Source: Gammaproteobacteria bacterium (GTDB taxonomy: Bacteria > Pseudomonadota > Gammaproteobacteria > JACCYU01). From it: a stretch of DNA of 64,000 nucleotides. Below, piece by piece: positions 33,214 to 44,640 of the stretch. The translations under genes and the position numbers were made by a program. Under the pieces are notes generated by a model. The model was not told where the DNA came from and did not search any database. It saw only the letters and a program-made list of their open reading frames with translations. The stretch lies in assembly GCA_050740315.1 (NCBI GenBank), contig JBOIDC010000011.1, positions 1,110 to 65,109 of the forward strand. Reading direction: 5' to 3'. How positions within the stretch are numbered: position 1 is the first letter of the stretch; the number at the start of each line of letters is the position of its first letter.

Positions 33214-34563
33214 ATGCCAAAGCACTATGATCTTATCGCCATCGGCGGCGGCAGCGGCGGTCTGTCGGTCGTGCAGCGCGCGGCCAGCTACGGCGCCCGG
33301 TGCGCGCTGATAGAACCGGGTCGACTTGGCGGCACCTGCGTGAATCGCGGCTGCGTGCCGAAAAAGATCATGTGGTACGGCGCCGTACTCTCGCAGATGC
33401 TGGACGAATCCGTCGATTATGGGTTCGATATCGTACGCAACGGTTTCGACTGGGCCAAGCTCGTTACCCGCCGCGAGGCGTACATCCGCCGGCTCAACGA
33501 CTGGTATCGCACGTATCTCGCCGACGGTGAGGTCGACTGGATCGAAGCCCGGGCGCGCTTTATCGACGCGCATACCTTGGAGGCCGCGGGGGAAAGTTAC
33601 AGCGCCGATCATATCGTCATTGCCGCCGGCGGCTCGCCCATGGTGCCCGATATTCCGGGCGCCGAACTCGGCATCACCTCCGACGGCTTTTTCGAGCTCA
33701 GGCAACCACCTGGCCGCGTGGCCGTGATTGGCGCCGGTTACATCGCGGTCGAACTGGCCGGCATGTTCAACGCGTTCGGCAGCCAGGTCAGCCTTTATCT
33801 GCGCAAGCAGCATCTGTTGCGACGATTCGATACCATGCTGCGCGAGGCGCTGATGGAGACGATGCTGGACGATGGCATCAATATCTTTCCGCGCTCGCAG
33901 GTCGAGGCCGTGGAAAAGCAGCGCGATGGAAAGCTCAGGCTTGTGTGCGACCAGTGCCAGTCGACGCAGGATTTCGATGCCGTGCTGTGGGCGATCGGTC
34001 GCGCGCCGAACACCGCGGATCTGGACCTCGCGGCCGCTGGTGTCGAAACGGACAATGAGGGATTTGTACGCACGGACGCGTATCAGAATGCCAGCACGCC
34101 TCGCGTTTACGCGCTCGGCGACATCACCGGCCGCGCGGCGCTCACGCCGGTAGCCGTGGCCGCGGGCCGGCGGCTGGCGGATCGCCTGTTCGGCGGGCAG
34201 CCGGAGCGCCGGCTCGACTACGAAAACATCCCGACGGTGATCTTCAGTCATCCGCCGATCGGCACGGTGGGGCTCACCGAGGACGAGGCGCGCGCCACGC
34301 ACGGTGCGACGTTGAAGGTTTATCAAACGCGCTTCACGTCGATGTACCACGCGATGACCGAACGCAGGCTCAAGACCTCGATGAAGCTGGTGACCGTCGG
34401 CGCGAGTGAAAAAATCATCGGCTGCCACGTCATCGGTCCTGGCGCCGACGAGATGCTGCAAGGCTTCGCGGTCGCCATCCGCATGGGCGCCACCAAGCGC
34501 GATCTGGACGACACGGTGGCGATCCATCCCACCAGCGCGGAGGAGCTGGTGACGCTGCGCTAA
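33214..34563 (+). CDS. gor: Glutathione-disulfide reductase.
   Basis: [12 protein letters not shown]...[16 protein letters not shown] redox-active disulfide motif, C-terminal dimerisation HPT motif. Confidence 0.88.
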   Translation: MPKHYDLIAIGGGSGGLSVVQRAASYGARCALIEPGRLGGTCVNRGCVPKKIMWYGAVLSQMLDESVDYGFDIVRNGFDWAKLVTRREAYIRRLNDWYRTYLADGEVDWIEARARFIDAHTLEAAGESYSADHIVIAAGGSPMVPDIPGAELGITSDGFFELRQPPGRVAVIGAGYIAVELAGMFNAFGSQVSLYLRKQHLLRRFDTMLREALMETMLDDGINIFPRSQVEAVEKQRDGKLRLVCDQCQSTQDFDAVLWAIGRAPNTADLDLAAAGVETDNEGFVRTDAYQNASTPRVYALGDITGRAALTPVAVAAGRRLADRLFGGQPERRLDYENIPTVIFSHPPIGTVGLTEDEARATHGATLKVYQTRFTSMYHAMTERRLKTSMKLVTVGASEKIIGCHVIGPGADEMLQGFAVAIRMGATKRDLDDTVAIHPTSAEELVTLR

Positions 34564-34569
34564 ACGCCG

Positions 34570-35418
34570 TCATGAGTTGCGCAGCGGTTTGTTGCCGACC
34601 AGCGGCGGCGCCAGCGCAGCGATCAACTCGGCGGTTTTCTCCGGTCGCACCCCGCGCCACAAGGCATACGATTCGGCCGCCTGCTCGACCAGCATGCCGA
34701 GACCGTCGATTGACCTCACGGCGCCGCGTTCCAGGCCCCAGCGCACGAACGCGGTGGGTTCCCGGCCGTAGAACATGTCGTAGCAGCATCCGCCTTCTCG
34801 CAAGCTATCGTCCGGAATTCCGGGCACTTCGCCCTGCACGCTGGCTGCGGTGCCGTTGATGATGAGGTCGAACTGCTTGCCGCTCAGCTCGTCGAAGCCG
34901 CAGCCATGAACCTGTCCGTGATCGCCGAAATCGCGTGCCAGTTGCCGGGCCCGAACGGCGGTGCGATTCGCGATGACTACACATCGCGGCTTGGCGGCCA
35001 GCAGCGGTTCCAGCACGCCCCGCACCCCGCCGCCGGCGCCAAGCAGCAAGACTTCAGCATCTTCGACACGTATGCCGTTGTTGGTCGTCAAATCGCGCAG
35101 CAGGCCGGCGCCGTCGGTGTTATCGCCGGTGAGCCGGCCGTCGTCCTGAATGACGATGGTGTTTACCGCGCCGGCGTGCGCGGCGCGCGGCCTGCGTTCA
35201 TCGACCAGCTCCCATGCCTCGCGCTTGAACGGCAAGGTGACGTTCAGGCCTTTGCCGCCTTCGGCCTTGAATGCGGCGACCGCTTCGGCGAAGCCATCCC
35301 TCGGCACCAGTATTGCCTCGTAGCTCAGTGTGTCCCCGGTCTGTTCGGCGAACAGGCGATGAATGCGTGGCGAGAGGCTGTGGGCGATGGGGTTGCCCAT
35401 GACCGCGTAGCGATCCAT
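34570..35418 (-). CDS. aroE: Shikimate dehydrogenase.
   Basis: YAVMGNPIAHSLSPRIH...LLGAGGGVRGV. Confidence 0.9.
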   Translation of the reverse strand: MDRYAVMGNPIAHSLSPRIHRLFAEQTGDTLSYEAILVPRDGFAEAVAAFKAEGGKGLNVTLPFKREAWELVDERRPRAAHAGAVNTIVIQDDGRLTGDNTDGAGLLRDLTTNNGIRVEDAEVLLLGAGGGVRGVLEPLLAAKPRCVVIANRTAVRARQLARDFGDHGQVHGCGFDELSGKQFDLIINGTAASVQGEVPGIPDDSLREGGCCYDMFYGREPTAFVRWGLERGAVRSIDGLGMLVEQAAESYALWRGVRPEKTAELIAALAPPLVGNKPLRNS

Positions 35419-35489
35419 TGGCGCTTAGCGACGGCTTGAACGCAGGGGCGGTTTCAACCGCGAGCGGCATGGCGCAAATGAATGCGCCC

Positions 35490-36500
<1,011 letters not shown>

Positions 36501-36695
36501 CTATGGCGGCAGGGCGGCCGCACGTCACTTCATGAACGTGTACCGCCCGAAACGAGATATCGTGCTCCAAGAATAGCGAACATCCGCGGTGGTTTCGAGC
36601 GGCGACCGGACCGCATCCAAACGCCTGGCGTCGCCGTACCAGAGTGTGTGAGATATGATGCTCGATGCCAACCCATTTTCTACAGGAGATGCAAC

Positions 36696-36958
36696 ATGAG
36701 CAAGAAATCGACGATGAAACCGCTGGCGGCCGCCATCGGTACCGCTGTCGTCGCCTCTCTGGTGTCCGTTTCTTTATGTGCAGGCCGACCAGAATCCGTT
36801 TGGCATGAGCAAGCTTTCCAGTGGATATATGGTTGCTGATCATGGCGAGGGGAAGTGCGGAGAAGGCAAATGCGGCGAGGGCAAGAAAGGCGAGGGGAAA
36901 TGCGGAGAAGATAAAAAAGGTAAGTGCGGCGAAGGTAAATGCGGCGAGGGTGCGTAGG
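36696..36958 (+). CDS. Small secreted Cys-repeat peptide, HvfA-like candidate RiPP metallophore precursor. Signal peptide and repeats are in different frames (+1 at the T-run near 36768-36775).
   Basis: AGGAG lies 7 nt upstream of the ATG at 36696. Frame A gives MSKKSTMKPLAAAIGTAVVASLVSVS.... The +1 frame gives YVQADQNPFGMSKLSSGYMVADHGEGKCGEGKCGEGKKGEGKCGEDKKGKCGEGKCGEGA* and ends at 36958. Deleting one T restores one 86-aa protein with a VQA|D signal-peptidase site. Confidence 0.6.
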
Positions 36959-36981
36959 CCACGATCTTGCCTCCTCTATTA

Positions 36982-37008
36982 GGCATCCCGCCCACGCGGC
37001 GGGGTGCC
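36982..37008. terminator. GC-rich 11-bp stem-loop between the peptide gene and hemF (convergent). No U-tract.
   Basis: GGCATCCCGCC-CACGC-GGCGGGGTGCC, with one G.U pair. Confidence 0.3.
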
Positions 37009-37049
37009 TGAATAGCAAACGTGTGGCACCTCCCCGCTTGATGTAAGTG

Positions 37050-37976
37050 TCAGCGCAACCAATCTCTCGGGCGCAGAAAATCTTCGTACAGGCGCGCTTC
37101 CACGCTATCCGGCGCGGGCTGCCAGTTGTACTTCCATTGAACGCGCGGCGGCAATGACATCAAGATCGATTCGGTACGCCCGCCGGATTGCAGACCGAAC
37201 AGCGTGCCGCGGTCGTAGACCAGATTGAACTCGACGTAGCGCCCGCGCCGATAAAGCTGAAACTCGCGCTGCCTGCGCCCAAAGCTCGAATGCTTACGGC
37301 GTTGCACGATCGGCAGGTAGGCCGGCAAAAAATGGTCACCTACGCTGCGCAAGAACGCAAAGCAGCTTGCAAACCCCCATTCGTTGAGGTCGTCGAAAAA
37401 CAGCCCGCCGATTCCACGCGGCTCATCTCGGTGCTTCAGATAAAAATATTCGTCGGCCCATTTCTTGTAGCGTGGATAGACGTCTTCCCCGTATGGCTGG
37501 CAGGCCTGCCGCGCCGTCCTATGCCAGTGGGCAGCATCTTCTTCGAAGCCGTAATAAGGTGTCAGATCGAAGCCGCCGCCGAACCACCACACCGGCTCGA
37601 CGTGCGGTTTGCGCGCGATGAAGAACCGCACGTTGGCGTGCGCGGTAGGAATGTACGGATTGCGCGGGTGGACCACCACCGAAACGCCCATCGCCTGAAA
37701 GTCCCGGCCAATCAGTTCAGGCCGATGAGCGGTGGCCGCCGGTGGCAGCTTTTCCCCGCGCACGTGTGAAAACGCGGTGCCGGCCTGTTCGAACACGCGG
37801 CCCGCGGAAAGCGCGCGCGTACGCCCACCGCCGGCCGTCCGTTGCCAGGCATCTTCGGCGAATCGCGCCTTGGGCTCTTCGCGTTCGAATGCGGCGCAGA
37901 TGCGATCCTGCAGCGAGAGCAGATAGCCTTCGACCGCTTGCGGTTCGGGTCGAACTGAGTCGCTATCGATCTGCAT
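37050..37976 (-). CDS. hemF: Oxygen-dependent coproporphyrinogen-III oxidase.
   Basis: ...GGGRTRAL...[11 protein letters not shown]...[12 protein letters not shown]. Confidence 0.92.
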   Translation of the reverse strand: MQIDSDSVRPEPQAVEGYLLSLQDRICAAFEREEPKARFAEDAWQRTAGGGRTRALSAGRVFEQAGTAFSHVRGEKLPPAATAHRPELIGRDFQAMGVSVVVHPRNPYIPTAHANVRFFIARKPHVEPVWWFGGGFDLTPYYGFEEDAAHWHRTARQACQPYGEDVYPRYKKWADEYFYLKHRDEPRGIGGLFFDDLNEWGFASCFAFLRSVGDHFLPAYLPIVQRRKHSSFGRRQREFQLYRRGRYVEFNLVYDRGTLFGLQSGGRTESILMSLPPRVQWKYNWQPAPDSVEARLYEDFLRPRDWLR

Positions 37977-38533
37977 CAGCCCGCGCGAACCACTTTTCCG
38001 GAAATCGCGTCACGAATCTCGGTGGGCCGCTCGCGCTCACCCACTGGCCCGTCGAGCACGAAGTCGATCTGGCTGCCGAAGATTTGCTGTACCGCGTCCG
38101 CGCTTTTCGCGGCTGGCGCGCCGGTGATGTTGGCGCTGGTGGAGACCAGCGCGCGGCCGGCCCGGCGGCATAATTCGGCGGCCACCGGATGGGCGGTGAC
38201 GCGTACCGCCAGCGTTTCGTGGTTACCGCGCAAGAGGATCGGGACGGCGCGCGTCGCCGGTATCAGCCATGTCACGGGGCCCGGCCAGGTGCGGTTGATG
38301 CGCTGCCGCTGCGCGCGCGTGAGCGGTTCAAGCAAGGTTTCAAGTTGATCGAACGCAGCCGCGATCAGGATCATGCCCTTGTCCCGCGGTCGGCCCTTTA
38401 GATCAAGCAGCCGCTCCACCGCGGCTTGGTTAAGCGGGTCGCAACCCAACCCGAATACGGCCTCGGTCGGATAGGCAATGACGCCGCCTGCGCGTACGAT
38501 CTGCGCCGCGCGTTCGACTGCTTCAGTTAACAC
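37976..38533 (-). CDS. tsaC: Threonylcarbamoyl-AMP synthase (YrdC/TsaC, short form).
   Basis: [18 protein letters not shown]...LIPATR... Confidence 0.88.
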   Translation of the reverse strand: MLTEAVERAAQIVRAGGVIAYPTEAVFGLGCDPLNQAAVERLLDLKGRPRDKGMILIAAAFDQLETLLEPLTRAQRQRINRTWPGPVTWLIPATRAVPILLRGNHETLAVRVTAHPVAAELCRRAGRALVSTSANITGAPAAKSADAVQQIFGSQIDFVLDGPVGERERPTEIRDAISGKVVRAG

Positions 38534-38566
38534 CTTGTACGACGGTCAAGCTCGAGCCGGCGTGCG

Positions 38567-40888
38567 TCAGCCGCTTGCCGTGCGTTTTGGCGACGCCCGG
38601 CGGCGCGATTTTTTGGCCGGCGCCTGCTCGATCAACTGTTCGCATTCTTCCAGGCTCAGCTTGGCGGGCTCTTTGTCTTTGGGGATTTTCGCATTCTTGC
38701 TGCCGTTGGTTACGTACGGTCCGTAACGCCCGTTCAGCACGCGAATGTCGGTGTTGCTGAATTCCTGAATGACGCGATTCGCGTCCAGCTTTTGCTTTTC
38801 CGCAATCAGCACCAGCGCCCGCTCGAGATTGATCGTATATGGATCGTCCTCCTTAAGAGACACGAACTTGTTGCCGTATTTCACGTAAGGGCCGAAACGG
38901 CCGATGCTCGCCTGTACCGGCTGTCCGCCCGGTGTCTCGCCCAGGTGGCGTGGCAGCTTGAACAGGGGCAGTGCCTCTTCCAGGGTCACATCGTCCATCT
39001 TCTGACCGGGACGCAGACCGGCAAAACGCGGTTTCTCGTCGTCGTCCTTGGTGCCAATCTGGACAAACGGCCCATAGCGCCCCATGCGTACGGTAACCGG
39101 GCGACCGCTGTCGGGGTCTTTGCCGATCTCGCGGGCCTGGACGGCCTGCTCGCGCGAAACATTGGTCTCTTTGTCGCTCACCAGGGCCTTGAACGGATCC
39201 CAGAAGGCGCGCATCACGGGCACCCACTCTTTCTCGCCGCGCGAGATCTCGTCCAGTTCGTCCTCCAGCCGGGCGGTGAAGTCGTAGTCGACGTACCGCG
39301 TGAAATGCAGAGTCAGGAACTTGTTGACCACACGCCCGATGTCGGTCGGATGAAAACGCCGCTCGATAAGCTCGGCGTATTCGCGATTCTGCAAGGTTGA
39401 GATGATGCTGGCGTACGTCGACGGACGCCCAATGCCGTATTCCTCCAGGGTTTTCACCAGCGTCGCCTCGGTATAGCGCGGCGGCGGCTCGGTGAAATGC
39501 TGTTCCGGGCGGACGTCAAGCAGGTCGACGGTTTCGCCTTCGTTTAACTCGGGCAGCAGGCGTTCGTCGCTTTCGACTTTTACGTCGTCGGTGCCTTCGC
39601 GGTACACCAGCGTGAAGCCCGGATCTATTACCGACGAGCCCGTGGCGCGAAAACGGTGATCGTCGCCACAGGACAAATCCACGGCGACGGTGTCGAGCAG
39701 CGCGTGGATCATTTGGCAGGCGATGGTGCGCTTCCAGATCAAGTCGTAAAGCTTGAACTGCTCGGGCCTTAAGAAAGATTTCAACTCATCCGGTACGCGC
39801 CAGGCCGAAGTGGGGCGAATCGCCTCGTGCGCCTCCTGCGCATTTTTCGACTTGGTCTTGTATTGCCGCGGCGCATCGGGCAGCTTCGCCTGGCCATAGC
39901 GCTTGGCGATGAGTTCGCGCAGTTCGCTTATGGCGTCGTTAGCCAATGTGACCGAGTCGGTGCGCATATAGGTGATCAGCCCGACCGGACCGGAACCGAG
40001 ATCGATGCCCTCGTAAAGCTGCTGGGCCACCCGCATGGTGCGCTGAGCGGAGAACCCCAGCTTGCGCACGGCCTCCTGTTGCAAGGTTGAGGTGGTAAAG
40101 GGTGCGGCGGGATTGCGTCGGCGCTGCTTCTTTTCGACGCTGGCGACGCGCAGCGTGCCGGCGGCTGCATCCAAAAGCGTTTGTTTCGCGGTCGCCGCAT
40201 CCTGCCCATTGGTAATGTCGAACTGTTCAAACTTTTTCCCGTGATACACGGAAAGTTTCGCGGTAAACGCCTGACCCGCCTTGGTGGCGTCCGCTTCCAG
40301 GGTCCAATACTCGCGGACATCGAACTTTTCGATTTCCTCTTCGCGCTCGACGATCATGCGCAACGCCGGACTTTGCACCCTGCCTGCCGACAAGCCGCGC
40401 TTGATTTTCTTCCACAGAAGCGGCGACAGATTGAACCCAACCAGGTAGTCCAGCGCGCGCCGCGCCTGCTGCGCGTTGATCAAGGCGATGGACAGCTCAC
40501 GAGGATGCGCGATAGCTTCCTTGATAGCGCGTTGGGTAATTTCGTGGAAGATCACCCGGTAAACCGGCGTTTTCTTCAAAGCCTTACGCTCGCGCAGAAG
40601 CTCGTACAGGTGCCAGGAGATGGCCTCTCCCTCGCGATCCGGGTCGGTCGCCAGATACAAGGCATCGGTGCCGGACAGCGCCTTGCTAATCGCCCGTACG
40701 TGGCGCTCGTTCTTGTCTATCAATTCGTACTTCATCGCAAAATCGTGGTCGGGATCGACTGCGCCCTCCTTGGGCACAAGGTCGCGCACGTGACCATACG
40801 ACGCCATGACCGTAAAGTCGGCGCCTAAGTATTTCTTGATGGTCTTCGCCTTGGCAGGCGATTCCACGATAACCAGATTTTTGCTCAT
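38567..40888 (-). CDS. topA: DNA topoisomerase I. The C-terminal domain is built from four GR(F/Y)GP(Y/F)V repeats and has no zinc ribbons.
   Basis: MSKNLVIVESPAKAKTIKKYLG (TOPRIM), active-site region ...GRVQSPAL..., and a C-terminus with GRYGPFVQ, GRFGPYVK, GRYGPYVT and related repeats. The ATG is at 40886-40888. Confidence 0.9.
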   Translation of the reverse strand: MSKNLVIVESPAKAKTIKKYLGADFTVMASYGHVRDLVPKEGAVDPDHDFAMKYELIDKNERHVRAISKALSGTDALYLATDPDREGEAISWHLYELLRERKALKKTPVYRVIFHEITQRAIKEAIAHPRELSIALINAQQARRALDYLVGFNLSPLLWKKIKRGLSAGRVQSPALRMIVEREEEIEKFDVREYWTLEADATKAGQAFTAKLSVYHGKKFEQFDITNGQDAATAKQTLLDAAAGTLRVASVEKKQRRRNPAAPFTTSTLQQEAVRKLGFSAQRTMRVAQQLYEGIDLGSGPVGLITYMRTDSVTLANDAISELRELIAKRYGQAKLPDAPRQYKTKSKNAQEAHEAIRPTSAWRVPDELKSFLRPEQFKLYDLIWKRTIACQMIHALLDTVAVDLSCGDDHRFRATGSSVIDPGFTLVYREGTDDVKVESDERLLPELNEGETVDLLDVRPEQHFTEPPPRYTEATLVKTLEEYGIGRPSTYASIISTLQNREYAELIERRFHPTDIGRVVNKFLTLHFTRYVDYDFTARLEDELDEISRGEKEWVPVMRAFWDPFKALVSDKETNVSREQAVQAREIGKDPDSGRPVTVRMGRYGPFVQIGTKDDDEKPRFAGLRPGQKMDDVTLEEALPLFKLPRHLGETPGGQPVQASIGRFGPYVKYGNKFVSLKEDDPYTINLERALVLIAEKQKLDANRVIQEFSNTDIRVLNGRYGPYVTNGSKNAKIPKDKEPAKLSLEECEQLIEQAPAKKSRRRASPKRTASG

Positions 40889-41036
40889 CTCGCTGTGCGT
40901 AAAGAAGATGGGGTCGCTGGCGGGCAAGATTCGTGCGCCGGTGGCGCCGAGCGCGAGATATTCAAGGTTTCAGGCGCGCTGCTATGCCGATTACGCAGCC
41001 ACCCGAGCTGAATCAACAGAATCTCGAAACATCCCC

Positions 41037-41513
41037 TCAGTGCAGATAATTCGAGGCATCCTCCATGACCATACCCTCCAGCCAGGTGTAGGCGGCCTCT
41101 TCGCCGGGCAGGTTGAACAGCACCATGAGGATAATCCACTTCAGCTGTTCCAGGTCGAGGTGCTCGTCGTCCAGCGCCATCACGCGATCGATGACCAATT
41201 CCCGGCTCGCAGCCGTAAGTACGCCGGTCTGCTCGAGAAACATAAGAAATCCGCGACACTCGCGATCCAGCTTCTGTGCCTCGCTGGTATGATAAACGCG
41301 CATGGTACGAGGCGCCGGCAAGTCACCCTGCGGCATGTCTTTCCAGCCGGCAAGCCCCTCCAGCCAGTCGAACGCCTTCTCGATTTCGCGATGATGAAAG
41401 CCGGCCTCCAGCAGTCTGGACTGCAACGCCTCGCGATCCAGTTCGACTTCATTGTCATCGTCTATGTAGCTTTCAAACAGATACATAAGTACATCAAGCA
41501 CCGATTCTTTCAT
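41037..41513 (-). CDS. smg: Smg protein (DUF494).
   Basis: MKESVLDVLMYLFESYIDDD... matches Smg, between dprA and topA. Confidence 0.85.
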   Translation of the reverse strand: MKESVLDVLMYLFESYIDDDNEVELDREALQSRLLEAGFHHREIEKAFDWLEGLAGWKDMPQGDLPAPRTMRVYHTSEAQKLDRECRGFLMFLEQTGVLTAASRELVIDRVMALDDEHLDLEQLKWIILMVLFNLPGEEAAYTWLEGMVMEDASNYLH

Positions 41514-42616
41514 TGCGTCATTCCCGGGGTGAGGCGCATATAGAGACCGCCGGCGGCGGCGACTAAACCCTTTAGCTCCAGTATAGTCAGCATGGATGAA
41601 ACCGTGTCCGCGGTCAATCCGCTGCGTTCGATGATCTCGTCTACGGGTATGGGGTCGTACCCTAGACTGTCCAGCAGGTCAGAATACGCGTCGTCAAGTT
41701 CGACGCCGACCGGTTCACTGCGAGGCCCGGCGCGCCTAGATGGCAGCTCGATCTGGTTTGCGATCTCTTCGAGAATATCGTCTGCCGTTTCGACCAGCTT
41801 GGCGCCTTGACGGATCAGGTGATGGCAACCCCTGGCGGCGGGATTGTGTATCGAGCCGGGGATTGCAAACACCTCGCGGCCTTGTTCGGCGGCACAGCGT
41901 GCCGTTATCAGCGAGCCGCTGCGACGCGCCGCTTCCACCACCAGCACACCCAGGCTGAGCCCACTTATCAAGCGGTTACGGCGCGGAAAATGTTCAGCCT
42001 TTGGCGGCACGCCGGTCGGGAATTCGGAAACGACGGCGCCTTGGTCGGCGATACGCCTGGCCAGCTCGCGATGCTTGGCGGGGTACACCCGATCCAGCCC
42101 CGTAGCGGCGACGGCAATGCTCAAACCGCCTGCCTGGAGTGCACCCTGGTGGCTCGCGCCGTCGATGCCGGTGGCCAGTCCGCTGGTGACGATCAACCCG
42201 GCGTTTGCCATTTGCGCAGCGAACATCCGAGCATTCTGGCTGCCAGCCGGCGTGGGCCTCCGGCTGCCAACGATAGCGATCTGCGGGTCCGAGAGGCAGT
42301 GCTGATCACCATCGACAAACAACATCGGCGGTGGGTTCGAAAGTTCGCGTAGTCGCTTGGGGTATGCCGCGTCTTTGAGCAACAGAACATGGTGGCCCGG
42401 CTGCGCGCACCATGCCAAATCCTGCTCTACATCTCGGAGCCTGGGTTTGCTGATACCGGCGATGGTTTCATCGGAGAGCCCCAGCCGTTTCAGCTCTGAA
42501 TGACCCGCTCGCAGTACCTCGCCGGGCGATTCGAAACGCCCGATCAATATATGAAACGTGGCGGGCCCTATGCCAGCCACCCGCCACAAGGTGAGCCAGT
42601 CGGCTAATTCAGACAT
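41510..42616 (-). CDS. dprA: DNA-processing protein DprA.
   Basis: ...IAIVGSRRPT...VTSGLATGIDGASHQGAL...VVEA..RSGSLITA.. Confidence 0.9.
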   Translation of the reverse strand: MSELADWLTLWRVAGIGPATFHILIGRFESPGEVLRAGHSELKRLGLSDETIAGISKPRLRDVEQDLAWCAQPGHHVLLLKDAAYPKRLRELSNPPPMLFVDGDQHCLSDPQIAIVGSRRPTPAGSQNARMFAAQMANAGLIVTSGLATGIDGASHQGALQAGGLSIAVAATGLDRVYPAKHRELARRIADQGAVVSEFPTGVPPKAEHFPRRNRLISGLSLGVLVVEAARRSGSLITARCAAEQGREVFAIPGSIHNPAARGCHHLIRQGAKLVETADDILEEIANQIELPSRRAGPRSEPVGVELDDAYSDLLDSLGYDPIPVDEIIERSGLTADTVSSMLTILELKGLVAAAGGLYMRLTPGMTQ

Positions 42617-42691
42617 GACCCAGTGCGCGTAATTACCCTTGAGCCTATATCGCGAGCGCGAATTTTTCGTCGTTGCTTGGGGGATCGCCGC

Positions 42692-43894
42692 CTATTCCGG
42701 CGGTTGCACGGTGTCGCCGATATGGATCGGGCGGGTCGCGTCCATAACCAGTGCGTAACTGACTTTTTCAAAGGTGCGAAACACCATCATCAGACCGGTC
42801 TTTTCCGCGGGCAACACAACCGACTTACTTTGCTCCACGGTTGCAAAAGGATCGTGCACGGTGCGCCCAGCCTGATAAACCGTAAGGACATGACCCTTCT
42901 GGACGCCATTGCGCGTGCCCACATTCAGCACCGCAACCTGATGCTGGCCGATCTGGCTGATTGCGTCGAATAAAGAGATGATGATGCCGTTTATCTCTTG
43001 TTCCGGCGCCCGCGGGAAGAAGATGCGGTCTTGCTCATCATTGAGTGGTAGCAAGCGATCGCCTTTGAGAGCCTCCCGCTGATTGTTCTCGAGGGCGACG
43101 GTCGATGGATCGCCACTCTTGATGACGGTGGCGTCCGCGATGAGTATTGCCTCGTAACCCAGCGACTCATTGGTTACGGGATCGACAAGGACTTGCCCCG
43201 GGCGAAACACGCTGTACCGGTCACCTTTGTTCAAAACATCTGTGCCGCGCACATAAACGCGATCGCCACTGCCGTAAATCAGGCGGTCGTCATGCGCGCT
43301 CAGAATATAAGCCGCGCTGTCGAGCTGTTCCTTGCTCACGACTCTTGGCCGCGTAATGAATTGTTGAATCGCTTGCACCGGCACACGATTGCGGCCGCGC
43401 GCAAGCGCCTCCACGCGAACCTGCGGAGAAAGTTTGATTGCGTGCGCGCCCGCGGCGCGCGGCCCATCGCCAACCTGAATGTAAGGCCGTCCGTTAATGT
43501 AAACAAGTGTCAGCACGTCGCCCGGGTAGATAAGGTGCGGGTTATCGATCTGGGGATTGACGTGCCAGATCTCCGGCCAATACCACGGGTCTTTCAGGAA
43601 CTTTGAGGCAATGCCCCACAATGTGTCTCCCTGCGCCACGACGTACCGTTCGGGAGCGGTAGCATTGAGTTCCACAACGGGCTGAGCCTCGAGTTCTGCT
43701 GTGGGCTGAGGCTCCTGTGCGGGAGCCGCTTTGACGACCGCGCTGGCTTTACTTGCTTGAGGGGTATTCGGCGCGGATGTCGCGTGTCCTGGCGCGGCGG
43801 CAGGGGTGCTCGCGCAGCCCCCGGCGAGGAAAAATAACGCCAATACAGTAATCGGTAGAATCGAACTGCAACGAAATATCGTGCTTGCCAACAT
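42692..43894 (-). CDS. LysM-domain lipoprotein, TsaP-like.
   Basis: Lipobox LAGGC, a Pro/Ala-rich linker, then a LysM domain (YVVAQGDTLWGIASKF), located between dprA and def as in other proteobacteria. The start is the ATG at 43892-43894. Confidence 0.65.
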   Translation of the reverse strand: MLASTIFRCSSILPITVLALFFLAGGCASTPAAAPGHATSAPNTPQASKASAVVKAAPAQEPQPTAELEAQPVVELNATAPERYVVAQGDTLWGIASKFLKDPWYWPEIWHVNPQIDNPHLIYPGDVLTLVYINGRPYIQVGDGPRAAGAHAIKLSPQVRVEALARGRNRVPVQAIQQFITRPRVVSKEQLDSAAYILSAHDDRLIYGSGDRVYVRGTDVLNKGDRYSVFRPGQVLVDPVTNESLGYEAILIADATVIKSGDPSTVALENNQREALKGDRLLPLNDEQDRIFFPRAPEQEINGIIISLFDAISQIGQHQVAVLNVGTRNGVQKGHVLTVYQAGRTVHDPFATVEQSKSVVLPAEKTGLMMVFRTFEKVSYALVMDATRPIHIGDTVQPPE

Positions 43895-44022
43895 CGGTCG
43901 TTCCCTAATCGTGTCGGGTGTCTGATTGACGCCGGTGTCGAGGCGTGCTGGCCCCCGCATTTTCTGCTATGTTGATAATAACTAAATGCTTGTTAGTCAT
44001 TTGACGATGCGTGGTGATCGGC

Positions 44023-44556
44023 ATGGCCTTGCTCGGCATATTACAGTTCCCTGATCCTCGATTGCGTAATACGGCCGCGCCGGTGGAACGGGTGGACAAT
44101 CAAGTGCGACAGACGGTCGATGATATGTTCGAGACCATGTACAACGCGCCGGGTATCGGACTTGCGGCGATACAGGTGAATATCCAGCAGCAGATCATCG
44201 TCATCGACGTATCTGCCGACAAAAGCCAGCCTTTGTGCCTGATTAATGCCGAGATTCTGGCCAAAAAGGGCGAGGAGGAGATGGAAGAGGGTTGTTTGTC
44301 GGTGCCCGGCGTTTACGACACCGTCAAACGCGCCGAATGGGTCAAGGTGCGCGCGCTAGATCGCGAAGGCGAATCCTTCGAGCTTGAAACGGATGGCCTG
44401 CTGGCGGTGTGCATACAGCATGAGATGGATCACCTGGTGGGCAAATTGTTTATCGATTACCTGTCGCCTCTCAAGCGTCAGCGGCTGCAAAAAAAATTCG
44501 AAAAGGCCAAGCGCCTGGGAACTGGGAAAATCGAAGCCAGTCGGGATGCGCTTTGA
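44023..44556 (+). CDS. def: Peptide deformylase.
   Basis: GIGLAAIQV...EGCLSVPG...QHEMDHLVG. Confidence 0.92.
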   Translation: MALLGILQFPDPRLRNTAAPVERVDNQVRQTVDDMFETMYNAPGIGLAAIQVNIQQQIIVIDVSADKSQPLCLINAEILAKKGEEEMEEGCLSVPGVYDTVKRAEWVKVRALDREGESFELETDGLLAVCIQHEMDHLVGKLFIDYLSPLKRQRLQKKFEKAKRLGTGKIEASRDAL

Positions 44557-44640
44557 ATTTGTCCGCGCCCCAAAAAGCAGCGCTGTGGCTCATAACGCAG
44601 CTTTGAAGCGCGCCCTGGCCGTCTCCCCTACACAGCGCGC

